Of a stretch of 64,000 bases of DNA, positions 12,079 to 25,518 are shown piece by piece. The DNA is from Octopus vulgaris. Taxonomy: Eukaryota. The stretch lies in the NCBI GenBank assembly GCA_951406725.2, contig OX597820.1, forward strand, positions 59,148,001 to 59,212,000. The letters run 5' to 3'. Position numbers and translations under genes: made by a program. Under the pieces are notes generated by a model that made no database searches, was not told where the DNA came from, and worked only from the letters and a program-made list of their open reading frames with translations. The stretch's first letter is position 1; every line of letters starts with the position of its first letter.

Positions 12079-12974
12079 ATGATCTTATATATGTAATGAG
12101 GCATCCTCTATGAGTTCATTTGTGTAAATGTATTAGTATCCCAAATTTACAGGGTCTTGTGTTGAACTTGCAATTTTGTCTCTCATTAGCAGCATGAAGT
12201 TGAAGTATTTTAGTTCAACAGAAGTGTTTTATAGGCCTGTAATGTTGTACTGCAGTAGGGTTTTTTTTTTTTGTCATCATTATTTAGTCCCAAGTCAACC
12301 TCCATCAAGCAGGCCTACAGTTTTATAAGAATTCTAACCATGGCTATCTCAATATTTGGTGGAAGGAATAGTGTGCTTTGGACAATACTAACCAATGTGT
12401 TCTTTTTAAGAAATATTAGCCAATAGTGTTGCTGCTTAGGCCCTGAATAACTCCGATGAAGCAGATCTATGACCAAAGGCATTCCAGCCATGGTTATCCA
12501 TTTTATCTTTCTAGGCACAGTGTATCCCAGACAACATTGCTGAATAGATTCTGCTTTTTGTTAAGATCGAGTACTGAGAAGGATTTGGCAGCTGTTTCTA
12601 GCAGGTCACTAGGGCATGGTCAACAATGTTAGGTAGGTGAACAGAGTAGGAAAAAAAGATAACTGTTTTTGTTAAACCTCTAGGTCAGCTCTGAGTGAGC
12701 AGTTTTATAACCAAAGAATATTTCACCTATCAAGGACTACATTATATAGTCCCGCCTTTTTTTTTTTTCAGAAGCTCAGGGTACAAGCATTTTGCATACA
12801 TCAGTATGCGAAATCCAATGGTGGTGAGGATCACATATGTAAATTTCAATCTAGTCTCATTGGAATTATCTCCCTTGTTTATAACATTTTAAGAATTACG
12901 TGATAGAGATAAACTGTTTATCTAGTAACAATTCTTAGAGCTAAAGCTAACACTTTATATGCAATATACTACGG

Positions 12975-13140
12975 CACTGGTTCCCAACCTGGGGTCTGTA
13001 GACCACCAGGGGTCCATGAACTAAATTCAAAATTTATATTATATTATATTATATTAAATTAGAGATAAAACCATAAGGATAAGCATATTAAAAGGGGCCC
13101 TTGAGAAAACTCATTTAAACCAAAGGGTTGGAAACCACTG
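12975..13140. mobile_element. hAT/Charlie (MER5-like) MITE
   Basis: TIRs cactggttcccaacc and ggttggaaaccactg. Confidence 0.75.
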
Positions 13141-13759
13141 TGCTAGAGTCTGGCATATGTATTATAGTGAGTTGAAAAACTTTGAACATGCAATTAGTTG
13201 ACAAAGGTTCTCACCAGAAATGTCTCAAATTTGAAAATAAGCAGACGAGATAAATAACTTCAATAAGCTCAGTTGATTGAAATCTACATATGTGGCACCT
13301 TATGGTATTTGTATCTAGCATGCAGAATGCTTCCCTTAAGAATATTTCCTCATTGTTAATACGAAATTCTCTAGTCTAGTGTCTGCCCCCCTCTCCATTG
13401 TGTATTTCACCTAGTAATTGGTAAAGAAAGATGTTGTTTAGACTAATGTTAGCCCTGACTGAGCAAACTCATAACCAAAGGCATTGTAGCTTTGCTCTTC
13501 CCATCTTTTTTTGCAACTTGTAGGACAAGTTTGCCCAGCATCCTTCCTGCTTTAAGATAGCAGGATCTGAAATTTCACCAATTTCAAATGATATAAGAAA
13601 ACAATAAAATCCACCCCATAAGAACTGCATACTCTCCTTGAAAATGCAATCCAAAACTAGAAAAAGATATTTGGAACAGTGTATCAGTAGTAAAGGGAGT
13701 TATTTTGAAGGAAACGAGTCTGGTTATGCTGGAGGAAAAGCAATAAATTTGATGTTTAA

Positions 13760-13980
13760 CCCTTTAGTGTTTGCATTATTCTGCCAAAATTAATGCTTTT
13801 TTATCCACATTGTTTTGAACTAATCATGCATTATCTTGTAGCTATGAGATTTTGATGAGGTAGCTGTTAATTTTTAAGACGATATTGTAGGGTTGGTATG
13901 AAAGACCAGATGTGGCCAGTTTGAACATAAAACAGGCAGAATACTTTTGGCCGGACATGGCAGGTTTAAATGCTAAAGGG
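13760..13980. mobile_element. piggyBac-type MITE
   Basis: TTAA|ccctttag ... ctaaaggg|TTAA; a related decayed copy lies in the opposite orientation at ~42080-42325. Confidence 0.8.
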
Positions 13981-15164
13981 TTAAAACGTTTCTCTTTGGG
14001 CAAACATTGTACACACATACATTCACACCAAACAAACAGAACACTCATCCACATTAAGTAGACAACATTTATACACAGACCAAACATTATGTACTATACA
14101 TATTCATGAAATTGGATGGTAAATTTAATCTGAAGTTCAGCTAAACACCATTATTATCTGTTATTTTGTGCTTTTAGCAGAATACTCAAACACTCAAAGC
14201 AAGCTTCCCATTGGGGGTAACTTATAAGTTATGGTTTATTCCTGTTTTTCCAACACCAGTGTCAGAGATCCTGCAATAAGGTTATGAGCAGCACTTGTGC
14301 TCCTCTAACCAAGCAATAAGAAATAAGACATCTGCATATACCAAATACTATAAACATACACATCAACACAATACAAAAAAGAGAACAGTACGAGGTACAT
14401 CATATATTACACTATGCACATAAAAAAATGGGTTAAAGTTTGTTACAAAATTGCAGCAAAATATCATTATGTTTATATGTAATCAACGTATCACACAGGC
14501 CATATTGAAGGCAACTCAGAACATAGGTTGGTATACTGTATTGAGTTGTGTGGACATGTTGCTTCTGTTTACTGTCCAGTCAATATATGATCAAAAAGTG
14601 GATGAATAAGGATTCCAATATCTGTCTTAATTTTTTAAGTGGTTAGCAACCTGGTCCCCAGCTCAGATCTTGTAGAACAATCGACATTGTATCTATTTTG
14701 TTCATTTTATGTTATTGTTTTACACGTAGGGTCAACACTGGTCATGTAGACTTGTGATCAAAGAGATTTCAGCTGTGAATAAGGATAACTACTTTTAATT
14801 TTTTATAACTTTTCCTGCTTGTAAAATCCCTGTTCATTGATTAAAGTAGATTTGATAAAATTAGACTTCACTAATAAGGCCTAAGACTGAAAGAGCTGTT
14901 ATCTTATCTAGTGGCAAAGATCAGGTTTTTTTCCCCCCACCTCCCAAACATGAAAGCTAAATTTTGAGGAATTAATTCTTAATTTCTTGAAATATCTTCT
15001 TTTCATTGAGTTACTAACAATTACCACAAGGATTTTGTTTTCTTACTCCAATGAAAATTTCAATCCATTAAGAATTTTATGAATACATCATTCAGTACAT
15101 CATTGTCTGACTGAATTATCCAAATCTCAGACTCCAGTCAACATACATTTATACACTCATCTGT

Positions 15165-15440
15165 ATCATCATCATCATTGTTTAACGTCCGTTCTCCATG
15201 CTAGCATGGGTTGGGCAGTTCGACCGGGGATCTGGGAAGCCAGAAGGCTGCACCAGACTCCAGTCTGATCTGGCAGTATTTCTACAACTGGATGCCCTTC
15301 CTAACGCCAACCACTCCGTGAGTGTAGTGGGTGCTTTTTACGTGCCATCTGCACAGGTGCCAGGCGAGGCTGGCAATGGCCACAATCGGATTGGTGCATT
15401 TTAGGTCCCACTGGCACAGAAGCCAGTCAAGGCGGCGCTG
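15165..15440 (-). mobile_element. RTE LINE 3'-tail fragment
   Basis: (atc)n tail followed by tttaacgtccg...gatgcccttcctaacgccaaccactccgtgag, the reverse of the tail at 18670-18929. Confidence 0.85.
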
Positions 15441-16676
15441 ATATATGTATAAATATCCTTGTATTGATATTATGTGGCAGTTGTAAATGACTGTTACTAT
15501 CATACAAGCAATGTCATTCATTTGCAATTTTCTGTGGAAACAAGCCTTGCCATGGAGAAATATCACCTTGTTTGGAAACAGGAGAGACTTGTCAACAGGA
15601 AAGGCATCTAGCCATAGTTAATTTGCCTCAGTAAACTCAATCCAACTCATACTAGCATGGAAGAATAATCTTTAAAACAATGATATAACACCACTATTTA
15701 ACTTTCACATTGCCCTTCTTGTTGCCAATCCTAACCTGTTTCCAAGCAAGGTAATATTTTTTCATTACAAGGCAAGCTTTCGCAGACTATTGCAAATGAA
15801 TGACGCTGCCACTAATTTACAACAATTACATAATGTCAAAACTGGAAGATACACACACATATACACAGTAGGCTTCTTTCAGTTTCCATCAACTAAATCC
15901 ACTCATAAGGCCTTGGCCAACCTAGGGTTACAGATGATTCCTGCCCAAGGTACCACTTTTATGGAGATGATACAATTTTCTTCTCTCTCCACTGTATACT
16001 GTATTTTTGAACACAGGATGTCCATAAGAGATGTTATCTGTGGAGTTATATCACAATAAATTGCCTTTCAACAGTGTAGTTAGACTATATATATTATATA
16101 GTGTAACTACATCTACATATAATCTATAATAAATAGATGGCTATATAACTTTAATACTTCTATTGCTTATAATAGATTTTTATTTAACTAAGTGGCTATT
16201 TTTAATACCAGTGAATTATTTATATACTATTTCCTATAATATAGTGGAGGCAAAAAATTTTGTCTAGTCATGTGGTTAGCTGTAAATACATGCTGCTGAT
16301 AAAGCATAAGCCTAACTAGGTTAAAATGAATCTAATATTTTTGTTAGATGTTGCTGGGATGATTTTTGTCTCCTTCCAATATATACTGTGCCTCTAAACA
16401 CAGCACTTCTAGGAGAGATGTTATCTCTGGATGAATACCACAGTAATTTGACTTTCAATGATGTATTTACATCAAGTTTGATAAACAGATGGCTATATAC
16501 ATATACTTTCACACACTTACACATATATGTATGTATCTATATATGAGGGCTTGTTGGAACAAACTGAAATAGAACTCAATACATAAAAGTATATATATTT
16601 TTGATTTGGCTTGGTTGTAAACCAAGGACCAAGAGTTTTGTGCATTGCACAAAACTCTCAAGCCTTAAATTACACT

Positions 16677-16823
16677 AGGTATGTGTTTTGCTAGTTCATG
16701 GGCAGGCTGCACTTATAGGCATAAAAGAATAAATTCTCTTCGGTGTGCCTGTTTTAACACCTGGAAGTCATAGTCTTATGCCTATAAGTGCAGCCTACCT
16801 ATGAACTAGCAAAGCACATACCT
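16677..16823. repeat. Foldback / MITE-like inverted repeat with 48-bp arms
   Basis: aggtatgtgttttgctagttcatgggcaggctgcacttataggcataa versus ttatgcctataagtgcagcctacctatgaactagcaaagcacatacct. Confidence 0.9.
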
Positions 16824-16919
16824 TGTTTGCCTGATATTGCTTATATTCCTTGAGCTGCCTTTAACCTATATTTGAAAATATATATAGCAGAATAAGAAAT
16901 AGAAAGTCCTCAGTATAAT

Positions 16920-17148
16920 ATTATATATTTTTTTTAAAAAATGAATAGAAATGGTTTTTCTGATAATTTTTCCACTTAAATAGCTAGATATTTATTATTA
17001 GATGTTTAATAATTAGATGTTTATAAGTTTACAAATAAACTTATAAACAATCTATAATAAACATCTAATAATATCTAATTATTAAAGTGAAAAACTTATG
17101 AGAAAAGCCATTTCTAGTCATTTTTTTTTCAAATAAATAAATATATAT
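16920..17148. repeat. AT-rich foldback element
   Basis: aaaaaatgaatagaaatggtttttct...tttataagttt mirrored by aaacttataaac...agaaaagccatttctagtcatttttt. Confidence 0.8.
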
Positions 17149-17937
17149 ATCATCACCATCAAGCCTTCTTATTATTATTGTTTCCCCATATATTGGCGTT
17201 ATCGTTGTCTTTCGTCTCAAATGCTAGCTGAAGCATATAAACTTTCATTTACAAAAACTTCGCAAAAACATCTCGTCTCAAATTTGGTCTTTCTTTCTGT
17301 CGCTAAATTCTCTAACCCATCTTTTCCCAACTTCCACTCATAGAAACTTATGCACACGATCGCAAAGCATTCCATCTCAAATCCTGTCTTTCTTTCTGCC
17401 GCCTAAAAATCTCATCTTCTCCCATTGCGCGGTGTCGTTTTGTCCCTCTGTTATCACTATGTCTCTCTCTCTCTCTCTCTCGCTCTCTCTCTCTCGCTAT
17501 GTGGTGTCGGTTTCTCCCTCTGTTATCACTGTCTCTCTCTCTCTCTGTATATATATCTCGCCTTCACTCGCTTCCACAGGCTTAGCCAATACGCAGGATG
17601 AAAAATATCAGCTAAGTCCTGTTCCTTCTTTTCATTGTTTTTGCAAGTATCATCATCACCATCAAGCCTTCTTATTATTATTGTTTCCCCATATATTGGC
17701 GTTATCGTTGTCTTTCGTCTCAAATGCTAGCTGAAGCATATAAACTTTCATTTACAAAAACTTCGCAAAAACATCTCGTCTCAAATTTGGTCTTTCTTTC
17801 TGTCGCTAAATTCTCTAACCCATCTTTTCCCAACTTCCACTCATAGAAACTTATGCACACGATCGCAAAGCATTCCATCTCAAATCCTGTCTTTCTTTCT
17901 GCCGCCTAAAAATCTCATCTTCTCCCATTGCGCGGTG
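17149..17937. repeat. Two apparently identical 286-bp direct repeats (period 503 bp)
   Basis: 17149-17434 equals 17652-17937 by eye. Confidence 0.93.
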
Positions 17938-18929
17938 CGCCCGCCCTCCCACCCCCACCACCACCAATACCACCCCCACCACCACCAATACCACCCCCAC
18001 CACCACCACCACCACCACCACCACCACCAATACCACCCCCACCACCACCACCACCAATACCACCCCCACCACCAATACCACCAATACCACCCCCACCACC
18101 AATACCACCCCCACCACCAATACCACCCCCCCCCCCCACCGCCAATACCACCAATACCGGTGAACACTGTTCTCACCATCTACACCGGATACTCCCTCCT
18201 CCTCCCCCACCACCCCTTCCTACCCCTTCTCCTCATATGCTTTCACTGAGAAAAGACAAGCTGCTAGCGTCTCAGCTCATCAACCGCCCTCTGATCTTAC
18301 GCTTCCTCCTGTTTTGAATCTGACACTGCCTCAATCCTACTATCTCCTTCCAGTCCCCTCCATGCCTCGTAATATCCTACGTTTTTATTTCTTACGAACC
18401 TGCACCAACCCTTCCTGCCATCGTTCCTCCTTACCCACCCAACCTTCCCCACACCTACCCATATATATATATACACATCCTACGTTTATATTTCTTACGA
18501 ACCTTCACCAACCCTTCCTGCCATCGTTCCTCCTCCCCCAACCTTCCCCACTGGTGCTCCCCTATATTACCTGCACCCCTTTACTATCTCTCCCTCTCTT
18601 TTCACTGGTGAAACCTTTCTCAGCTGGACCCCCCCCCCAACTCAACTCTACCCCGCATCCCGTTGCCCCCGTGTCCCTGGCACGTTAAAAGCTCGAACCG
18701 ATCGTGACCGATGCCGGACCCCCCGGCCCCTGTGCAGGTGGCACGTAAAAAGCACCCAATCCACTCACGGAGTGGTTGGCGTTAGGAAGGGCATCCAGCC
18801 GTAGAAACTCTGCCAGAATCAGACTGGAGCCTGGAGCGGCCCCTGGCTTCCCAGACCCCGGTCGAACCGTCCAACCCGTGCTAGCGCGGAAAACGGACGT
18901 TAAACGATGATGATGATGATGATGATGAT
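17938..18929 (+). mobile_element. Young RTE-type 3' end with a C-rich low-complexity region and (GAT)n tail
   Basis: (CCA/CCAATA)n, internal ~75-bp duplication (18374 and 18477), then the conserved tail ...ggttggcgttaggaagggcatccagccgtagaaac...ggacgttaaac(gat)n, shared with the RTE ending at 51660. Confidence 0.8.
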
Positions 18930-18968
18930 ATATTTATATAACACATATCTATATACAAATACACAAAT

Positions 18969-19467
18969 GTGACCTGCATTACAGAAGCATTATATTCATG
19001 GAAACTTGTAATATGAAGTTCTGTAACTAGAAACCTATTTTATCACTAACTTCAAGGTTATCAAGAAACAGACATCAATAGAAAAATATGCATGATAAAA
19101 TAAAATTCCACCTTCTTACATTTAGCCTATAATAAAAACTGGACGTATTCAGCAGCAATACTTTCAATTTGTATAGAAGTGGGATAAACATAAATTGGGA
19201 AATTTTTTATCATGTCTTCTGATTTCATATTGAAGAATATTAATAAAAGATAATGTCAGAGATGTCTTTATGTTGTGCAACAATCATAAGGGAATTAGCG
19301 AATTGCTGAAAATAATATGGGTTTCTTATCTGAATAGAAAAAAATTTCGTTTTCGATTTATCATTAAATTGCCATCTACACCTTTGAAAATGAAACTCTG
19401 CAAAATTTCATTTAAAAACATGCATTATTAAGAAAGTTATAAGCAGACAAAATTGAATGCAGGTCAC
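18969..19467. mobile_element. Candidate MITE with 12-bp TIRs
   Basis: gtgacctgcatt ... aatgcaggtcac. Confidence 0.45.
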
Positions 19468-20105
19468 CAAAATGTAGATATGCTGTTCTCTTTCTCTTTA
19501 TCACACACACTCACATATAGAAGATAAAAAAAGAAGAAACAGATAGAGATGAGGGATGAGAGAGAGAGAGAGAGAGAGAGGTATGAGAAGGAGACAAGGA
19601 GAGTGAGGTGGAAAGAGAGAAAAGGAAAATAGAAGAGACAGAGAAAGTTACAGTCAGAAGCAACAATGAGGCATTAGATGGTTGCTCAGCTTTCTAGAAA
19701 CTGAAGTCAAATCTCCCTCAAATCATATATTAAACCATCTGAAAGGACACATTGGATAATAACATTCTAGATATACAATAAAAAAAATAATGATGATGGT
19801 CATTATTGGAATGCCTGCCTGTTTGAAAAGTGCAGATGAGAGGTTAAATAACAAACCAAAACAATTTCTATGAGAGGCATAACATCATAGATTATAAGTG
19901 AACCCAACTCTTGAATACTTATTTTAACCACTGGAGGTGCAAGCATGGACAGGAGCAGGTGTAGCTGTGTGATTAAAAAGCTTGCTTCCTAACCACATGG
20001 CTTTGGGTTCAGTCCCACAGCATAGTACCTTCAGTGAGTATCTACTATAACTAAGGGACGACTAAAGCCTAGTAAGTTGATTTCATGGACACAAACTGAA
20101 AGAAG

Positions 20106-20348
20106 ACAAGGCAACAAGCTGACAGAAACGTTAGCACGCTGGGTGAAATGCTTAGCGGTATTTCATCTGCTGCTACATTCTGAGTTTAAATCCTGCCGAG
20201 GTCAACTTTGCCTCTCATCCTTTCGGGGTCAATTAAATAAGTGTAAGTATCAGTTACACACTGGGGTCGATATAATCGACTTAATCCAATTGTCTTTTCT
20301 TGTTTGTCCTGTATGTGTGTAGCCCCTTGTGAGCAGTAAAGAAATAAG
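20106..20348 (+). mobile_element. Family-A SINE nested in a family-B SINE, 13-bp TSD
   Basis: aaactgaaagaag at 20093-20105 and 20349-20361. Confidence 0.88.
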
Positions 20349-21189
20349 AAACTGAAAGAAGCCCATCATAAAATATATTCTTTCATTCTTTTTTACTTTT
20401 ATTTGTTTCAGTCATTTGACTGTGGCTATGCTGGAACACTGCCTTAAGAAGTTTTTAGTTGAAGAACTCGACCCCAGGACTTATTCTTTGTAAGCCAGGT
20501 ATTCTATCGGTCTCTTTTGCCAAACTGCTAAGTTATGGGGTCATAAACAGACCAGCATCAGTTGTCAACTGATGGTGGGAGGACAAACACAGACAACACA
20601 TATACAACAGGCTTCTTTCAGTTTCTATCTGCCAAATCCACTCACAAGGCTTTGCTTGGCCCAAGGTGCCATGCAGTGGGACTGAACCCAGAACCATGTG
20701 ATTGGGAAGCAAGTTTCTTACCACACAGCCACAACTGTGCTTATATTTAAGATATTTTATCAAACTCTAATGTATTGATTTACCAGCTGCCATCTTCCTA
20801 CATAAACTGACTGCATTCAGGAATTCAACCCCTCTTTTCCCTATGTCCTACACAGCATAAGTATCAAAACAAATAAAATTAAATATTTAAAAAAACAAAA
20901 ACAAAAAAAAACGAAATCTTTAAATTAATATTCAATTAGTCGGTGTCAAAATCTAACTATAAATATGTTGCTCACATATTTTACTGGCGGTGCACCAGCA
21001 TGGCCACAGCCTTCAGACTGAAACACATTACAATAATTTTTGCTAGTAAGATGTTAACAACTCCAGACATGTTTTGGCATTATAATCATAATTGCTGAAG
21101 CTGTAATAGAGGAACCAGCAACTAGTTGTACACAGGTTAGAAAAATGTTGGAGAGTAAATAACTTAGAGCAATAGTTAGTGATGTAGTC

Positions 21190-21465
21190 TAAGACTTAGG
21201 TCAGTCATTAGCCCTAAGCCAGATCTGAACCCCATTTTCATAGCATGTGACTGAGATTACAATGTCCCTCCCTGAATGGGATGCTGGTCTGACTCGGGGT
21301 CAACTTTGCAGCTACTGTTGGAACTCAGTTTACAGCTGAGTGGACTAGAGCAACATGAAATGGAGTGTCTTGCTCAAGAACACAACACAACACAACACCC
21401 AGTCTAAGAATTAAAACCACAATCTTATGGTCATAAGTACAACACTTTAACTACTATGCTATGCA
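21190..21465 (-). mobile_element. Older tRNA-derived SINE (third family)
   Basis: cagctgagtggactagagcaac..gtgtcttgctcaagaacacaac; related plus-strand copy at ~42963-43260. Confidence 0.6.
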
Positions 21466-22624
21466 CATCACTAAAGTTAATAAGAGGGGAAAAAAAGTGC
21501 ATTTTAAATTATGACTATAATATTTAGACTATTAACCTTATATTTAAGTCAAGAGTTTTAAAAATTACATTCTTATTAAGAACAACTCATCTGAGACATT
21601 TAGACATTAATGTAATTTAAAGTATTATACAACATATCTATTATAAGAAATACAATGCTAAAATAGCTTGGCTACAAGAAAATTTAGACAATTTATTACA
21701 ACCCTCTTATAATCAATGCAAAAAAAATGTATCTAAGCAGTCACCCTACTGTTAGAAACAGCAACCAAGTATCACCTCCAAATTAAACCCTATTTCCTTA
21801 AACCATAAGGACACATTGGATAGTGTAGTACTAGATACACTAGAAAAAAATATTAAAAAAATTACAGGTCATGGCCAGCCTGGGGCCAAGCAACATGGAA
21901 CATTTAACAAAATGAACCTCAATGCAGTTGCTCAAACTTACAAACATCAGCTAAATCTTCCACCAATCACACTATACCATTTAAAAAAGAAGTAGGACAT
22001 ATTAAATAATATAGCATCAAATACACTTTGGCTGAATAACAGGCGGGTTATTTACAGTTGGAAAGCATTTGATAAATTTGCTCAACAAATGTGAACTGGC
22101 CCAAGACTAAACAACAGCAAAAACGAAAACCCTCTTTGTACCTTGTACTGTGTGATCAATTTTTGTTAGTGCATGACTAACCAGCCAACTGAAACAGGAC
22201 TACTGTACTTATAAAAATTAATAAATTCATACTGGTACATTTCTGACCTGAAAAATATAACAGTTCTATAAGATATTCCCAAAATCACAATTTAAGTAGA
22301 AATCTCACTTTACTAATTAAACTATGATAATCAATATGAATGAAATATATCATCCAAAAGTACACCATTTGCTGTTTAAGCTCCTATGTCAGCCCTGGTG
22401 CTGTTAATCTACGATTAGGTGTTTTAGTTGTGACTATTCCATCTTTTTCCTTTTCTTTAAATATTGTGCACAGGCGGGGATGTGTGGTTAAGAAGCTTGC
22501 CTTCTAACCACAGGGTTTCAGGTTCAGTCCCACTGAATGGCACCTTGAGCGTACATCTACTATAGCTCTGGGTTGACCAAAGCCTTGTGAGTGGACTTGA
22601 TAGTAGAAACTAAAAGAAGCTTAT

Positions 22625-22656
<32 letters not shown>

Positions 22657-24024
22657 TATATATGAATGAGTATATATATGTTTGTGTCTTCTTAATGAAT
22701 GTTATTCATTTCCAAAAGTATGATTTTTTTTCTGCCAAAAAAATGTCTGGCTATGGGGGTAATATTACTTTGCTTGGAAACAGATGAGGGTAGTGACAAG
22801 ACATGCATCCAACCATAGAAAATCTACCTCAGTAAACTCTGGCCAACCCCACGCAAGCTTGAAAAAGTGGGCATTAAAATAATGATAAAAATAATTCTTG
22901 CAAAATTACATTATTAAATACGAGATGGTAAGGAGTGTTTTGAGACAGATTTGATTGATATTTCTAAAAACCCAAGTGCCAATACCTTGTTGCTGGTGGT
23001 ATTGCTTAACCCCAAGGTCAGTTCTATTTGAATAGACTCAGAAATGTTCCAGCCAAGACAAAAATTGCCAACAGAAAAATGCATGTTGTCTTCAGTTCAA
23101 AGCTTTTGTTTGCATCATGTGTCAGTGTCACATATAAAGCACCCATGCTGGTGTCACATAAAACACACATGTGCCAGTGTCAAGTATACAGCACCTGTTC
23201 CAATGCCACGTGAAGAGCAACCAGTACACTCTGTAAAGTGGTTGGCATTAGGAAGGGTATCCAGCCATAGAAACCATGCCAAAACAGCCAACAGGAGACT
23301 GGGCAGCTCTCTGGCTGGCCAACTCCTGTCAAACTGTCCAACCCATGCCACCATGGAAAACAGATGTTAAATGATGACGATGAAGTGCTAAACGATTATG
23401 ATATGCTAAATCTTCACACAATTGCAATTGATTAATGGTTAGGATCTGTGAAAGCATTAACATACATAGGTAAACTATGGGATGAAAAGAAAGAAAGTGC
23501 ATTTAAATAAGAGCCGTTGTTTTTTTTTTTTCAGACACTGGAGTTCAGCCATGGTGGGACATTGTGTTGAAGGGTTTAGTCGAACAAATTGACTGATACT
23601 TATTCTATCAATTTCTTTTGCTGAATCACTATGTTATTGGGCAATAAACAAAACAACATCAGTTGTAAGGCAATGGAGGGAAACAAATGCAAAGACACAC
23701 ACCATATATATATTCTTTTACTTGTTTCAGTCATTTGACTGTGATCATGCTGGAGCAGCATCTGAAGGGGTTTTAGTCAAACAAATCAACCCTAGGACTT
23801 ATTCTTTACAAGCCTAGTATTTATTCTATTGGTCTCTTTTGCTGAACCATTAAGTTATAGGGACAGAAACACATCAATATCGGTTGTCAAGCAATGGTGG
23901 TGGGGGTCACACAGACACAAACACACACATATGTGTGTTTGTGTTTGCCCCAACCACCATCGCTTGACAACTGATGTTGGTGTGTTTCTGTCCCTATAAC
24001 TTTTGCTATACCCATGGGCTGACC

Positions 24025-24192
24025 AGGATATAAGCCTTCTTTATTTAGTACCTCTTTTTTTTTTTTTAATTTGTTGTTTTTGTAGTTGTTAGGATTTGTG
24101 GTTGAAAACAAAGGTGCGAAGAAATCAATCAACCATTTCAAAGTTGGAATCAACGGAAGAGGTCCAGTAAGGGCCTGTGTTTTCTGGCTCGA
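24025..24192 (-). repeat. Duplicated fragment of the TMEM259 last exon (final ~21 codons, stop, proximal 3'UTR)
   Basis: Near-identical to 25416-25586; two substitutions plus homopolymer length differences. Confidence 0.95.
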
Positions 24193-24847
24193 TGATGATA
24201 TATATACACACACACACACACAAAAGACTTCCACATAGTTTCTGTCCTTACCAAGTTCACTAACAAGGCACTGATCTGCCCATGGCTTATAGCAAAAGTT
24301 ACAGGGACAAACACAGACACAAATATGTATGTATATATATACACACACACTGGACTTCTTTTGGTACCAACCAAAGTGCTGCACAGTGAGACTGAACTCA
24401 AAGCTGCAAGGTTGTAAGATGAGCTTTTAACCACACAACCATGCCTGTAGCTACGATCAAGTAGACAGACTCATACAAATATTGTGTCTCTATTAAAATA
24501 AAGATAATGAGGGAGTGAGAGAAGAATGAAAAAAGAAGGGAACAAACTGGTAGGGAGAAACAACATATAGACAGACATAGATAAATAGATACAATTATTG
24601 CATCTGTATTGATAAAGACATCAATTCAAATAATAATATCAACAACACAAAATAAATTCAATATAATATGTATATACGTAAAAAACAACAAAATATTTTT
24701 GGAAACTATGTTATTGTCTTCAAATGCCAAACATTACATCTTAAAATTCATTCTGTTGAGAATTGGCACAGGACTTCGGTGAAACGCGATTCTATCAAGG
24801 TGGAATAATGTAAGAGGAACGAATATATTATCAGTGTAAGTATTGTG

Positions 24848-24885
<38 letters not shown>

Positions 24886-25518
24886 GCACACACACACACA
24901 AATACATGTTTGTGTATATACACATAAACATATATACAGAAGTGTGTATATACATATATTATACATATGTACGAGTGTGTATGTGCGTGTGTGTGTGTGT
25001 ACACACACACCACACATCAAAAACATTTAACACATATCCATACAGCATGCATGCACACACACATACATATTAACACTGATTTGTTTCCCCTCTTACAAAT
25101 ACCAAAGATCTAGAGTTAACAAAAAAAAATAACCGCGCAAAAAAAAAAAAAAGAGGAATTTCTTTTCATCTTGTTACAAATTTATATCAAATTTGTTTCC
25201 ATGGGACAAAGGTTAAAATTGTGAGAATGTTCTCATTTTATTTTGACACCTAAAATTAGGGGCCAGAAAAATATGAAGTTCAAACTAGGTGTAGGTTAAG
25301 AGAGGGGACTTAAGGAGAGAGAGAGAGAGATAGAGAGAGAGGGGGAGAGGAAGGCAGAGAAGTTTTGGATCGAGGAGCAAAGAATTAAAAATATACAGAG
25401 TAGCAATTCCTGATAAGGATATAAGCCTTCTTTATTTAGTATCTCTTTTTTTTTTTTTTTAAATTTGTTGTTTTTGTAGTTGTTAGGATTTGTGGTTGAA
25501 AACAAAGGTGCGAAGAAA

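Noticed and set aside
17851-18317. Poly-Pro, Gly, His, Trp and Val ORFs (formin- or extensin-like)
   Set aside because: They are different frames of one CCA-rich simple repeat attached to an RTE tail, with no splice context.
23887-24434. 165-aa and 94-aa ORFs
   Set aside because: Chance frames through SINE, microsatellite and the duplicated UTR fragment; no good acceptor for an alternative last exon.
24748-25073. Overlapping Y/I/V/C/H/T-rich ORFs
   Set aside because: Translations of (TA)n and (CA)n microsatellites.
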